From assembly GCF_006345805.1 (NCBI RefSeq), contig NC_043005.1, forward strand, positions 10,106,001 to 10,170,000: 64,000 nt of DNA. Reading direction: 5' to 3'. This document shows positions 52,023 to 63,939 of the stretch, piece after piece. The stretch's first letter is position 1. Each line of letters begins with the position of its first letter. This DNA is from Octopus sinensis (lineage: Eukaryota). A program made the position numbers and the translations under genes. The notes below the pieces were generated by a model, which was not told where the DNA came from, did no database searches, and was given only the letters and a program-made list of their open reading frames with translations.

Positions 52023-52615
52023 GGATATACGTACACACACACAAACAGGTGAAACTTAATGTCTCTGTCGGAGTTGTATGTTTTTGGTCTACGTTTCTGA
52101 ATATGTTTCGATGCGTGTAAAAGTGTGCTTGAGTGTATATTTGTACATGAGAGAGAGGGAGAGAGAAAGTGTATGTGCGTGTGTGTATGTATTTGCGTGT
52201 GTATGTATATGTATATGTGTATGTGTGTGCGTGTGTGTGTGTATGAGCTTATTTGTGTACGCACTTCACATGTGGATGTACTTGTTCAATCATATTCATC
52301 TGTGAGACAGATGGCAGTGGATGTATTTTCTTAAACCAGGCGCCAGATGAATTTTGCTCATTCTCTATTGTCCTTGCCACAACTGTCTGCCATATTTTAT
52401 CTTAGAAATTATTCTACTTCGAGTTTAACTTCATTTATATCAATTTTGTTAATTATTGTTAATCATTCATTTACCACTTTATTCATTTAGCTATTGTCGA
52501 GAAATAGAGTGTGATAACCACTATTTTTAAAGTTTTGAATATCTACTCAAAACCACATGGAAATTAATTGCTCCCCATCCCTATCCACTCACTAAAGAGA
52601 ATAGAAATATATATA

Positions 52616-53589
52616 TAGTAATCTCAAGATTAATCAGCCGAAATTACTACGATGATCCGGTTCTTGACTGAAGACTGAGGGGTTCGAATGTCCTGTCCAT
52701 GTTTATTGTGTCGTCTTCTAAGAGTTATACGTTCTTGTCCATGTTGTATTTTTCTACATACCTTAACATATATTCCAGGCGCCCCGTACCCACCTTATCA
52801 TTAATGTGAGCACATATTCTTAGTAATTGGTACGACTCTCTTTTTGTCTCCCTCTCTCTCTCATTTTTACTTGATCTGCCCCCCTCTCTCTCTCTCTCTC
52901 TTCTCTCTACTCATCCTCTTTTTCTCTTCTCTTTACCCTCCTAATTCTTTGTCTCGCTCTGCACTCACAGGTCATTCTTCGACACCCATCCCTTCTCCTC
53001 TCTGATCCCTTCTTTCTCTCTCTTTGTTGCGTTTTGTCCCTCGTCTCTCTCTCTCTTCCTTTGCTTCTCTTTCTTTTCATTTCCCTCTTCTCTGTCACGT
53101 GACTGTTGGCCGAAATCTGCCTTTCAGCTCCTGACCCTCGTCGTGTCAACATCGTTGTTTTTCGTCCACACTATAAAGGCTTCTTCCAATGCGCCAGAGA
53201 AAAAATTTGTTTGCTTGTTATCAGTCGTAAGACACTTGTTGTTTTCACCGTTAATGCTTCTGTATTTCATGTCTCTGTATTCCATTATTGTTTTTTTTTT
53301 TTTTTTTTTTTTTATATCTGTCCCTTTTGCTGTCCTGGTGTTCGTATGCATTCGATCCTTCTTCCAGGAAATCTACGCTTCCAGCTTAGTTTTTCTAATG
53401 CTCGTTGCTTAGTTTTTCTTGGAGGGCTGGCCGTGATCTAGTAATCTCAAGATTAATCAGCCGAAATTACTACGATGATCCGGTTCTTGACTGAAGACTG
53501 AGGGGTTCGAATGTCCTGTCCATGTTTATTGTGTCGTCTTCTAAGAGTTATACGTTCTTGTCCATGTTGTATTTTTCTACATACCTTAA
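52616..53589. mobile_element. Element bounded by identical 151-bp direct repeats (Penelope pLTR-like)
   Basis: 52616-52766 is identical to 53439-53589; both ends abut (TA)n; weak GIY-YIG-like remnant (LEEAFIV...RVR) on the minus strand at ~53130-53200. Confidence 0.5.
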
Positions 53590-53615
53590 TATATATATAT
53601 ATATATATATATATA

Positions 53616-54007
53616 GGCGCAGGAGTGGCTGTGTGGTAAGTAGGTTGCTTACCAACCACATGGTTCCGGGTTCAGTCCCACTGCGTGGCATCTTGGGCAA
53701 GTGTCTTCTGTTATAGCCTCGGACCGACCAATTCCTTGTGAGTGGATTTGGTAGACGGAAACTGAAAGAAGCCTGTCGTATATATGTATATATATATGTG
53801 TGTGCGTGTATATGCTTGTGTGTCTGTGTTTGTCCCCGCACCATCGCTTGACAACCGATGCTGGTGTGTTTACGTCCCCGTCACTTAGCGGTTCGGTAAA
53901 AAGGGACCGATAGAATAAGTAATGGGCTTAGAAAGAATAAGTCCCGGGGCCGATTTGCTCGACTAAAGATGATGCTCCAGCATGGCCGCAGTCAAATGAC
54001 TGAAACA

Positions 54008-54010
<3 letters not shown>
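53616..54010 (+). mobile_element. SINE family A, tail replaced by (TA)n
   Basis: Head-to-near-tail match. Confidence 0.9.
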
Positions 54011-54049
<39 letters not shown>

Positions 54050-54079
54050 GCGAGAAAGAAGCAACAAGAATGGATAGTT

Positions 54080-54170
54080 TTTTAGTACAATCGTTTCATA
54101 CAAGGACAGGCTTTATTAAAAGTTGCAAAAATTACAGCATATAAACGTGTCCCGTACTCATCAGCTAAAA
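54080..54170 (-). ncRNA. Type I hammerhead ribozyme candidate (mirror copy)
   Basis: Reverse complement of 54721-54811. Confidence 0.7.
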
Positions 54171-54720
54171 TACATGTGAGTTCTCTAGACATCCTAGTGG
54201 TTGAGGCTATACTCATGAAGTAATGTAGATAATTAGTAACATAAACAGATTTCCAAAGTTCATTAAAGTTCTTTAAAGATGATGTACAGTCTTATCACAG
54301 AATTTTAAAAAAGTTTCAATAGTATCACAGAGAAGGTGACCTAATCCATAGTGCACATATGAATTTCCAGAGATATGATGAGGGATTACATACTCACAGA
54401 AGACAAATTTATCCATTGTTAATCACAACGAGGTGGGTCTCAAGCAGGAATTGAGACCTCGTTGTGATTAACAATGGATAAATTTGTCTTCTGTGAGTAT
54501 GTAATCCCTCATCATATCTCTGGAAATTCATATGTGCACTATGGATTAGGTCACCTTCTCTGTGATGCTATTGAAACTTTTTTAAAATTCTGTGATAAGA
54601 CTGTACATCATCTTTAAAGAACTTTAATGAACTTTGGAAATCTGTTTATGTTACTTAATTATCTACATTACTTCATGAGTATAGCCTCAACCACTAGGAT
54701 GTCTAGAGAACTCACATGTA

Positions 54721-54811
54721 TTTTAGCTGATGAGTACGGGACACGTTTATATGCTGTAATTTTTGCAACTTTTAATAAAGCCTGTCCTTGTATGAAACGA
54801 TTGTACTAAAA
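54721..54811 (+). ncRNA. Type I hammerhead ribozyme candidate
   Basis: Stem I TTTTAG/CTAAAA; core CTGATGA 54727-54733; stem II GTACGGGACA/TGTCCTTGTAT; GAAA 54794-54797; stem III AC-GATT-GT; GUA cleavage triplet (cut after 54805). Confidence 0.7.
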
Positions 54812-54962
54812 ACCTATCCATTCTTGTTGCTTCTTTCTCGCTTATAATCACCCCACATTACTGTATTGTTAAAACAGTATAGTTTTTTTTTTGGTGCATC
54901 TAAGTTAGGTACCATATTCAAGTAAATTCATTTAAATTAACTTGAATCTCTATTGCTTTTTG

Positions 54963-54993
<31 letters not shown>

Positions 54994-55032
54994 GTATTAT
55001 ATATATATATATATATATATATGAGTAACAAA

Positions 55033-55145
55033 GATGTACAAGTTTCATTTCTTTACGGCCGTTTCGAGCGACTCCTTTAACTGATCACTGAAAGTATTAC
55101 ATCATTACAAAGAAAACGGCCGTAATGAATTGAAACTTCTACATC
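55033..55145. repeat. Hairpin with 32-bp arms
   Basis: GATGTACAAGTTTCATTTCTTTACGGCCGTTT vs the reverse complement of AAACGGCCGTAATGAATTGAAACTTCTACATC, 3 mismatches. Confidence 0.85.
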
Positions 55146-55190
55146 TTTGTTAACCATTTATATTTTACTCACCTACCCTGGATTCTGCAC

Positions 55191-55648
55191 TTCATACACT
55201 TTTTGCCGCTTTTTTTGTTTCTGCGCATGCGTATATATATATATATATATACATACACACACACACACGCACACACGCATATATATATATGTGTGTGTAT
55301 GTATGTATGTATATATGTATGTGGAAAGTATCTTTATATAAAGTACAACAAGAGGTGATTTATTCACTAAGCTGGATCGTGCTATCTGCGTACACTGCAT
55401 GAATATCGGGTGGAAAAAAATTCTATGTAGAGTTTGATACTCGCTTAATATAGCCTGAGTATGCAAATGAGTTAGTCCTAACAGGGTGCCTCAATTTAAG
55501 TACCTAATTCAACCGAACATATACATACATATATACATACATACACACACATATATATATATGTGTGTGTGCGTGTGTGTGTGTGTATGTATATATATAT
55601 ATATATACGCATGCGCAGAAACAAAAAAAGCGGCAAAAAGTGTATGAA
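55191..55648. repeat. Inverted repeat with ~130-bp arms that include mirrored microsatellites
   Basis: 55191-55322 vs ~55517-55648. Confidence 0.88.
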
Positions 55649-56236
55649 AAATACAAACATTTACAGTAAAAAGTATGCACTCACATAGACAAACACAACT
55701 CAATAGGCGTATCTCTTACGCGGTCATCTGACTTACTAGAAACAGAAACGAAATCTACTTTTTTGAATAAGACAAAGAGTTGTTGGGAAAATGCCGCATT
55801 GGATATACAGATGTTCAGTTCCTAGAAGGAGTGGAGATCTGGCGAAGGGAGTCTAGGCTCCATGTAGATGATGCCTGTCGAGATGAAGTGACGAGTTATA
55901 TCTGTTTGGAAATGTGTGTGTGTATAAGTAACACTTCTGGCTTTTTTCCAGAATAAATGTCAATATGAATCGTGCATAGTAGAAACAGACGTTTTCTATG
56001 ATAAACAGGGTAACGACATCTCTGATCTCGCATTCCTACCGCCCACCGCTGCTCTAGGTCACATTTCCTCAAGTCTTTTACACGTTATGGTTCTATGGTC
56101 ACATAACTTTTGTCGCTCGTTCTTAATATCAACGCTGGTAGCTTTCTTTCTTTCTCCATTTCTTCAACATCTTTCACTTTTATCTGTTCTTACATCTCTC
56201 TTTATGTGTGTCTGCTCTTATCACAAATACACACGT

Positions 56237-56269
<33 letters not shown>

Positions 56270-56879
56270 AACACACACACACACACATACACACACACGC
56301 ACACACACACTCAGACACCCATAAAGCATACACACATGAATGAATACAAACATACAGACGTTCTTTAATATTAATGTAACCTCTTCATATACACCAACAA
56401 TATACACATTCACATACGGGTACACACGTACATACAGATGCACACAGAGTCGTTCGCATATACGTATACACTAATATAATCATATAATCATATGCATACA
56501 TACGTACACTACGCATCCACTCGCCTCCACTCATGCTTTCGTACGTAAACACATACATGAATAAACGGACAGATACAATTGCAGTTATATACCCACAATT
56601 TCCTACACACACACTACATATACTACTATTAGGAACAGCTCCCAAGAGATAAGACATATTATTCCCTATAATTCTTCATGAAGACCGTCAGTTGTCAGAA
56701 TGGCTAGAATATCAGATAAATACTTCACGGATATTGTTCCGGCTCTTTGCAATCTGTGTTCAATGATCAGATTTGCCTTTTAACCTTTTACGGTCGATAA
56801 ATAAAATACCACTCATATGCTGGGGGTCGATTTCTCTCTCCTACATTCTCCTCTCCCTTCCTCTCTCCCTATATATATT

Positions 56880-57492
56880 TGCGTGTATGTGTGTGTGAGT
56901 TCAAGCACGTGTGTGTGTGTGTTTGTATGTGTGTGTGTTTGTGTGCCTGTGTGTGTGTGTGAGTACATGCATGTGTGTGTCTGCGTGTATGTTTGTATGA
57001 GTGTATGTGTCTGCGTGTGTATGTGTCTGTGTGTATGTTTGTATGAGTGTGTGTGTGTGTGTGATTGCATGTCCGTGTGTCTCTGTGTGTGTCACTATGT
57101 GTATGGTATGTTTGAATGTGTGTGTGTGTGTGTGTCTGAGTGCACGCACGTGTGTGTCTGTGTGCGTGTTTGCATGAGTGTGTGTGTTTGTGTGATTGTG
57201 TTTGAGTGTGTGTGTGAGTGCATGTCCGTGTGTCTCTGTGTGTGACATTATGTGTATGTTTGAATGTGTGTGTGTGTGTGTTTGAGTGCATGCACGTGTG
57301 TGTCTGTGTGCGTGTTTGCATGAGTGTGTGTGTTTGTGTGATTGTGTTTGAGTGTGTGTGTGAGTGCATGTCCGTGTGTCTCTGTGTGTGACATTATGTG
57401 TATGTTTGAATGTGTGTGTGTGTGTGTGTGTCTGAGTGCATGCACGTGTGTGTCTGTGTGCGTGTTTGCATGAATGTGCGTGTGTGTGTGTG
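56880..57492. repeat. (TG)n-derived minisatellite (~150-bp units)
   Basis: Anchor GCATGTCCGTGTGTCTCTGTGTGTG at ~57067, 57220, 57366. Confidence 0.85.
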
Positions 57493-57780
57493 TCTTAGCT
57501 ACTCTAAATCGTTCAAAACCCACCAAAAGACACCAAAGAACATGAGGAGCATCACCAGTCCGATGTGTTGTGTGCAACGATTAAAACACATTCTTCATTT
57601 TGTTCTTAGTTAAATATCTGACTGGTTGGTTAGTCAACACATTTTAACTATTTAATCCATATATACTGAGTCTATTCTACACACAGTTCACTGTTTAACC
57701 TACGCATCTCACTGTTAAATTTACACATCGAAGTATTTTATTTACACAAGTTATTTAATTTCCAACTCCCTCTCACTCAC

Positions 57781-58310
57781 TATGTATGAATGTATGTATG
57801 TATGTATGTATGTATGTATGTATGTATGTATGTATGTATGAATGTATGTATGTATGCATGTATGTATGTATGTATGTATGTATGTATGTATGTATGTATG
57901 TATGTATGTATGTATGTATGCATGTATGTATGTATGTATGTATGTATGTATGTATGTATGTATGTATGCATGTATGTATGTATGTATGTATGTATGTATG
58001 TATGTATGTATGTATGTATGTATGTATCTGTATGTATGAATGTATGTATGTATGTATGTATGTATGTATGTATGTATGTATGTATGTATGTATGTATGTA
58101 TGTATCTGTATGTATGTATGTATGTATGTATGTATGTATGTATGTATGTATGTATGTATGTATGTATGCATGTATGTATGTATGTATGTATGTATGTATG
58201 TATGTATGTATGTATGTATGTATGTATGTATCTGTATGTATGTATGTATGTATGTATGTATGTATGTATGTATGTATGTATGTATGTATGTATGTATGTA
58301 TGTATGTATG
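57781..58310. repeat. ~530-bp (TATG)n array
   Basis: Direct inspection; recurring variants AATG, CATG, TCTG. Confidence 0.97.
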
Positions 58311-58316
58311 CTATGT

Positions 58317-58878
58317 CAGGTCACTTTCGAGTGCTACTGGTAACATGTAACCCAGTACAACCTGTTGCATGGTCGGGTCGTCGGCGACTAAACCGGCAAC
58401 CCCACCAAGCTTGCTTGGTGAGGAGGGTGTTTATTGGAGACCCTGCGGGATGAAAAACAAAACCCGTCAAAGGGCGGAGGATCTCTTGAGAATCAACGGC
58501 CATCCGACCATCCAATAAATGTCTTAAGGCTGTATCATGCGCGGGGACATAGAAATAATCGGACTGAATACCCAATCGCGCGGTTAAACCATTGGGAGTG
58601 AAGGACTCCTAGCCTTTGTTAGGGCATCCTTCTAGGAGAAGGTAACTCAGGAAACTGGGATAACTCCGACATAAAACCTGCGGCTCAGTGGTTACCGATG
58701 ATGTTGACTTGTTCTTCTTTTCGGATTATGGCTGCTGTTGCTTAGTGAGTGGGATTGACTCAGTGCACAGCCTTTCCTCTTTTAAAAAAAAATCTTCTTG
58801 CACAGGCATTGCACGATTTCAACATTGATTAAGCTTCGTGCAATGGCCATACTCGATAACGAGAAGGGCAGCCACCAT
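58317..58878 (+). mobile_element. Probable 5' UTR / start of an RTE-type LINE inside (TATG)n
   Basis: GGGCATCCTTCTAGGAGAAGGTAACTC and TAAAACCTGCGGCTC motifs resemble RTE 5' regions (from memory); flanked by (TATG)n on both sides. Confidence 0.45.
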
Positions 58879-59190
58879 GTATGTATCTATGTATGTATGT
58901 ATGTATGTATGTATGTATGTATGTATGTATGTATGTGTGTATGTTTGTATGTATGTATGTATGTATGTATGTATGTATGTGTGTGTATGTTTGTATGTAT
59001 GTATGTATGTATGTGTGTATGTATACATGTATGTATGTATGTATGTATATATGTATGTATTCATGTATGTATCTATGTATGTATGTATGTATGTTTGTAT
59101 GTATGTATGTATGTATGTATCTATGTATGCATGTATGTATGTATGTATGTATGTATGTATGTATATATGTATCTATGTATGTATGTATGT
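58879..59190. repeat. (TATG)n array
   Basis: Direct inspection. Confidence 0.95.
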
Positions 59191-59357
59191 ATATTCTTTT
59201 ACTTTATCCGGCATTTGACTACGGCCATGCCGGAGCACCCCTTGTTAAATATAAACACACTCATACACATACACATGCATACATACATATTTACATAAAT
59301 GTTTACATCCATACATATAAATGTATATATATGTTTATACTTTTATATATTTATATG

Positions 59358-59435
59358 AATGACTGCAACGACGACGACGAAAACGATGACGACGACGACA
59401 ACGACGACGACGATGACGACGATGATGACGACGAC

Positions 59436-59481
<46 letters not shown>

Positions 59482-59564
59482 GATGGTGATTGATGGTGAT
59501 TGATGATGATGAGGATGAGGATGATGATGATGATTGATGATGATGATGATGATGATGATGATGA

Positions 59565-59595
<31 letters not shown>

Positions 59596-59725
59596 GATGA
59601 TGATGATGATGATGATAATGATGATGGTGATGATTGATGATGATGATGATGATGATGATGATTGATGATGATGATTGATGATGATGATGATGATGATGAT
59701 GACGACGACGATGATGATGATGATC
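59358..59725. repeat. (GAC)/(GAT)n array
   Basis: Direct inspection. Confidence 0.95.
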
Positions 59726-60000
59726 TGCTCATAAAATTGATGGAAATTATTTGAAAATCACCCGAGTAGGTAGAGAGAACAAGGGAGATCTGTTGACAAC
59801 AACAACACCTAGAACTACAACAACATTACTAATTACAGAGGTAACAACAACAACAATAATAACAACAGTCAACAATGACATGAAGCATAAGAATAATATG
59901 ATAAAAACAACGACTGCAAAAGACACGGTAAGCTATCACTTCCACGATACGAACTATTAGTACCAGCATAACCATCAACGTTTAAGAAAAATCAACATCA

Positions 60001-60360
60001 GCGCAGACGTGGCTGTGTGGTAAGAGGTTTGCTTCTCGACCACCTGGCTCTGGGTTCAGTCCCATTGCGTGGACAAGTGTCTTTCATTATAATCTCAGGC
60101 CGACTTAAGTCTTGTGAGTGGATTTGATAGATGGAAACTGAAAGAAGATTGCCGTGTATATGTGTGTGTGTGTGTGTATGTGTTTGACAACCGGTGTGTT
60201 TACTTCTACGTAACATAGCAGTTCGGCAAATGAGTGCAATAGAAAAATCCCCATGCTTGAAAAAGAAATAAGACCTGGCATCGATCCATTCGCGTGGCAG
60301 TTCTTCAAGGCTGTCGCCTAGCATGGCTGCAGTCCAATGACTGAAAGAAGTAAAGATTAA
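60001..60360 (+). mobile_element. Diverged SINE family A
   Basis: Head, internal TG tract and degenerate tail. Confidence 0.75.
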
Positions 60361-61100
60361 AATATATCGCAAACATAAGCTACAGAGCGAGGAAGGTTTT
60401 ATTTGGTCTTTTCGAACTGCCAGAAATTAAAGGAAATATTTGTAAATACTTAAATATACAGAGTTAACTAATACTGAAAATATGTTAGAAAAAAAAACAT
60501 GATTTTCACAACCAGAATGTCGATCGAAAGATGAAGTCGCGACAGAGAAATTTTCTTCACAGCATGTAGGAATGTAGTCAGAGAACAACAATATTTACAA
60601 ATCTGCATGAAACGGATTCCATATAGATGCGTTAGAAAGTCTGCAAGATACGTAAATATTACCGAATAACAACGTTTACATATACTCCAGAACAACAGAG
60701 GATTTTATAGGGAAAATTACGCTAGTAACACCAATGCTGAAACTGCTATCTTTGTTCCATTGACAGAGGGCTTCACAGAATATGTATATATTTAAGAATA
60801 AACATACAATTCATCCACAGTGTTTACAACACACACCAGTGACATTCTTAAAGTAGTCACAGGAATCATTTTTTGCCGACAGCAATTCTGTTTAAACAGC
60901 AATTCTGTATAAACGACACTTTTGATTCGTCGCAGAATATATGAGGTTCGACTTGCACTCCAGCACATTCTCTACAACAAACCACAATAAAGTACAAACC
61001 AAACAAAACAGTGCAGTATGCATTATAACACGCCGTACACGGACAATACGCAGAGACTACCGACGTAATAAAGGAAGAAAGTACTAAATACGAAAATGCA

Positions 61101-61695
61101 TCTTTACTGCCCATAAGAGGCTAAACACAGAGAGGACAAACAAGGACAGACAAACGGATTAAGTCGATTATATCGACCCCAGTGCATAACTGGTAATTAT
61201 TTAATCGACCCCGAAAGGACGAAAGGCAAAGTCGACCTCGGCGGAATTTGAACTCAGAACGTAGCGGCACACGAAATACCTATTTCTTTACTACCCACAA
61301 GGAGCTAAACATAGAGGGGACAAGCAAGGACAGACAAACGGATTAAGTCGATTATATCGACCCCAGTGCGTAACTGGTACTTATTTAATCGACCCCGAAA
61401 GGATGAAAGGCAAAGTCGACCTCGGCTGAATTTGAACTCAGAACGTAGCGGCAGACGAAATACCTATTTCTTTACTACCCACAAGGGGCTAAACACAGAG
61501 GGGACAAACAAGGACAGACAAACGGATTAAGTCGATTATATCAACCCCAGTGCGTAACTGGTAATTATTTAATCGACCCCGAAAGGATGAAAGTCAAAGT
61601 TGACCTCGGCGGAATTTGAACTCAGAACGTAACGGCAGATGAAATACAGCTAAGCATTTCGCCCGGCGTGCTAACGTTTCTGCCAGCTCGCCGCC
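61101..61695 (-). mobile_element. SINE family B with three body units
   Basis: Anchor GGCA(C/G)A(C/T)GAAATAC at ~61267, 61451, 61635; head GGCGGCGAGCTGGCAG. Confidence 0.9.
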
Positions 61696-61900
61696 AATAT
61701 GATGATGCAACTGTCGTTCGGTGGGCACCTTCCACACAACCGTTGGAGCAGCTAGAATTTGAAAACAAATCTCCTTCAAACTCCTTAATATCTTGACATT
61801 GTGTGAGATTGTATGTGTATGAGCGTGTGTGTGTGTGTGTGTGGTGTGTGTGTGTGTGTGTGTTTGTGTGTATGTTTGTGTGTGTGTGTGTTTGTGTGTT

Positions 61901-61949
<49 letters not shown>

Positions 61950-62231
61950 TGCATTCTCCCGTCGGAAACGACATATTGAGTGTTTAGTTTTTTCCTCGAA
62001 CGACCTGCACAAATGATTTTTTTATATAGTAATCAAATATGCGTGCTGCGCATTAGTTCACACCCAATTTTAAATCGACGTTGCTTGAGTAAGTGCTCGG
62101 CGCGCCACGAGTCAGGTGTCGACGTGATCGCAGAGCAGCGTGAGATGAAGTGTTTTGCTTAAGAACTCAACGCACTACTCAGTCTAGGACTTGAAACCAC
62201 GATCTCCCTAACGACTACGCCATGTGTCCTT

Positions 62232-62468
<237 letters not shown>

Positions 62469-62491
62469 TATATGTATATATGTATACAGTG

Positions 62492-62836
62492 TGAAGGCGC
62501 GTGGCTCAGTGGTTAGAGCGTCGAGCTTACGATCGTGAGGTTGTGAGCTCGAATCCTGGACCGGGCTGCGTGTTGTGTTCTTGAGCAAGACACTTTATTT
62601 CACGTTGCTCCAGTTCACTCAGCTGTAGAAAGGAGTTGCGACGTCACAGGTGCCAAGCTGTATCGGCCCTTGCCTTTCCCTTGGATAACACTGGTGGCAT
62701 GAAGAGGGGAGGCTGGTATGCATGGGCGACTGCTGGTCTTCCATAAAAACAACCTTGCCCAGACTTGTGCCTCAGAGGGTAACTCTCTAGGTGCAAACCC
62801 ATGGTCAGTGTCTGACCGAAGGGGGTCACCATCACC
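62492..62836 (+). mobile_element. tRNA-derived SINE (head shared with family D, different tail) with TSD
   Basis: TSD TATACAGTG at 62483-62491 and 62837-62845. Confidence 0.85.
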
Positions 62837-62867
62837 TATACAGTGTACATATACATATATGTATACA

Positions 62868-63072
62868 GTGTACATTTAAACACATAAGGGGTATCTACCA
62901 TAGGATTCCTTTCACGCTAAGGAATCCTATGATGGATACCTCTTATGTGTTTAAATGTACACAGTACTTATATGAATAATATATAGTCTATTGACTAAAT
63001 TTTCTACACCCTAGGCCACAGGTAGTAAACATTTCTAAAATCATTATTACCCTGATATTATTAATTATATAT
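62868..63072. mobile_element. Palindrome-family element with a 95-bp hairpin
   Basis: Hairpin 62868-62962 (44-bp arms, 7-nt loop); 62963-63072 is a diverged reverse complement of 34802-34914. Confidence 0.8.
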
Positions 63073-63074
63073 GT

Positions 63075-63122
<48 letters not shown>

Positions 63123-63139
63123 ACGTATATGTTTGTATA

Positions 63140-63310
63140 TATAGGGAAAGTTTACGAAAAAAAACAAAAGACAGGTGGTGTACAAAACAAACAGATGTAT
63201 TAGTATAGCGCTCAGGAATAGAAAAAGTCTTTTATATTTCGAGCCTACGCTCTTCTACAGAAAGGGACACAGAAAAAACAAGGAGAGAAACAAGGAGAGA
63301 GAAAAAATGT
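63140..63310 (-). mobile_element. Short element with a degenerate hammerhead (core CTGTAGA)
   Basis: Minus strand CTTT-CTGTAGA-A-GAGC-GTAG-GCTC-GAAA-TATA-AAAG at 63229-63264; matches 18520-18705. Confidence 0.55.
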
Positions 63311-63862
63311 GTGTAGTGGCTAACGATCTATCATGGCGTGTGTATGTGTGTGTCTCTGTGCGTATTTGTTTGTTTACACGTATGCATATGTGTACGTATA
63401 CACACACACATACACACATGCGCACGCGCACACCCACTCACTCACTGAAAAATTCAATTCTGAAAACAATATACTCTAAAGAAAAAGGAGATAAACCATA
63501 AAATACTGACATTAAAAAACACAGCACTTGTGTTTTAGGTGTCCTTATAGAGTGCACAATGATGTAAATATTGTGACAATGTCCTCCATCTTGAGATACA
63601 TTCCACCCTGCCACATCTAATCTCAAAGATTCTGAAAAATGTCAGGCATGCTGTTTTTCTTTCTGTAAGTCATGTGAAAGGCGAAAACGAAAAATAAACA
63701 CTGAACAGAGAAAAATATTTGAATACCACGACTTCGCTCAAACCCTGTAATAAAAAAAAGACTTCAAAAATGGCGGCATCATAAAGTCTCACACACAGAC
63801 ATTTCGAAATAAAAAAAACTGAACCAACTTATGACCCCAGTACTTATCTATCTATATATCTG

Positions 63863-63939
<77 letters not shown>

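Larger units (their letters stand above)
54050..54841. mobile_element. 792-bp fold-back element with two hammerhead ribozyme folds
   Basis: Arms 54050-54443 and 54451-54841; 7-nt loop GCAGGAA; only about 4 differences (2 substitutions, a 1-nt indel, a 4-nt bulge near the loop); TA flanks. Confidence 0.9.
59950..61795 (+). pseudogene. Remnant of the unidentified protein family, interrupted by SINE-A and SINE-B
   Basis: LQNNRGFYRENY...TAIFVPL vs LRNNKAF**ITY...SAAFCPL; PTAIL in both; VRWAPSTQPLEQLE vs IKWRFLFKIFEQRE; HQR and KYL motifs in the same order as the 9.3-11.4 kb remnant. Confidence 0.4.

Noticed and set aside
53420-53475. Hammerhead in the 151-bp direct-repeat element
   Set aside because: Stem II (GGCTG/CAGCC) and GAAA are present, but the core reads CTTGGA and stem I does not pair
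54436-54458. Paired BsaI sites (GGTCTC/GAGACC) at the hairpin centre as a sign of a synthetic construct
   Set aside because: Any 6-mer in a hairpin arm appears in both orientations, and there is no vector or adapter sequence nearby
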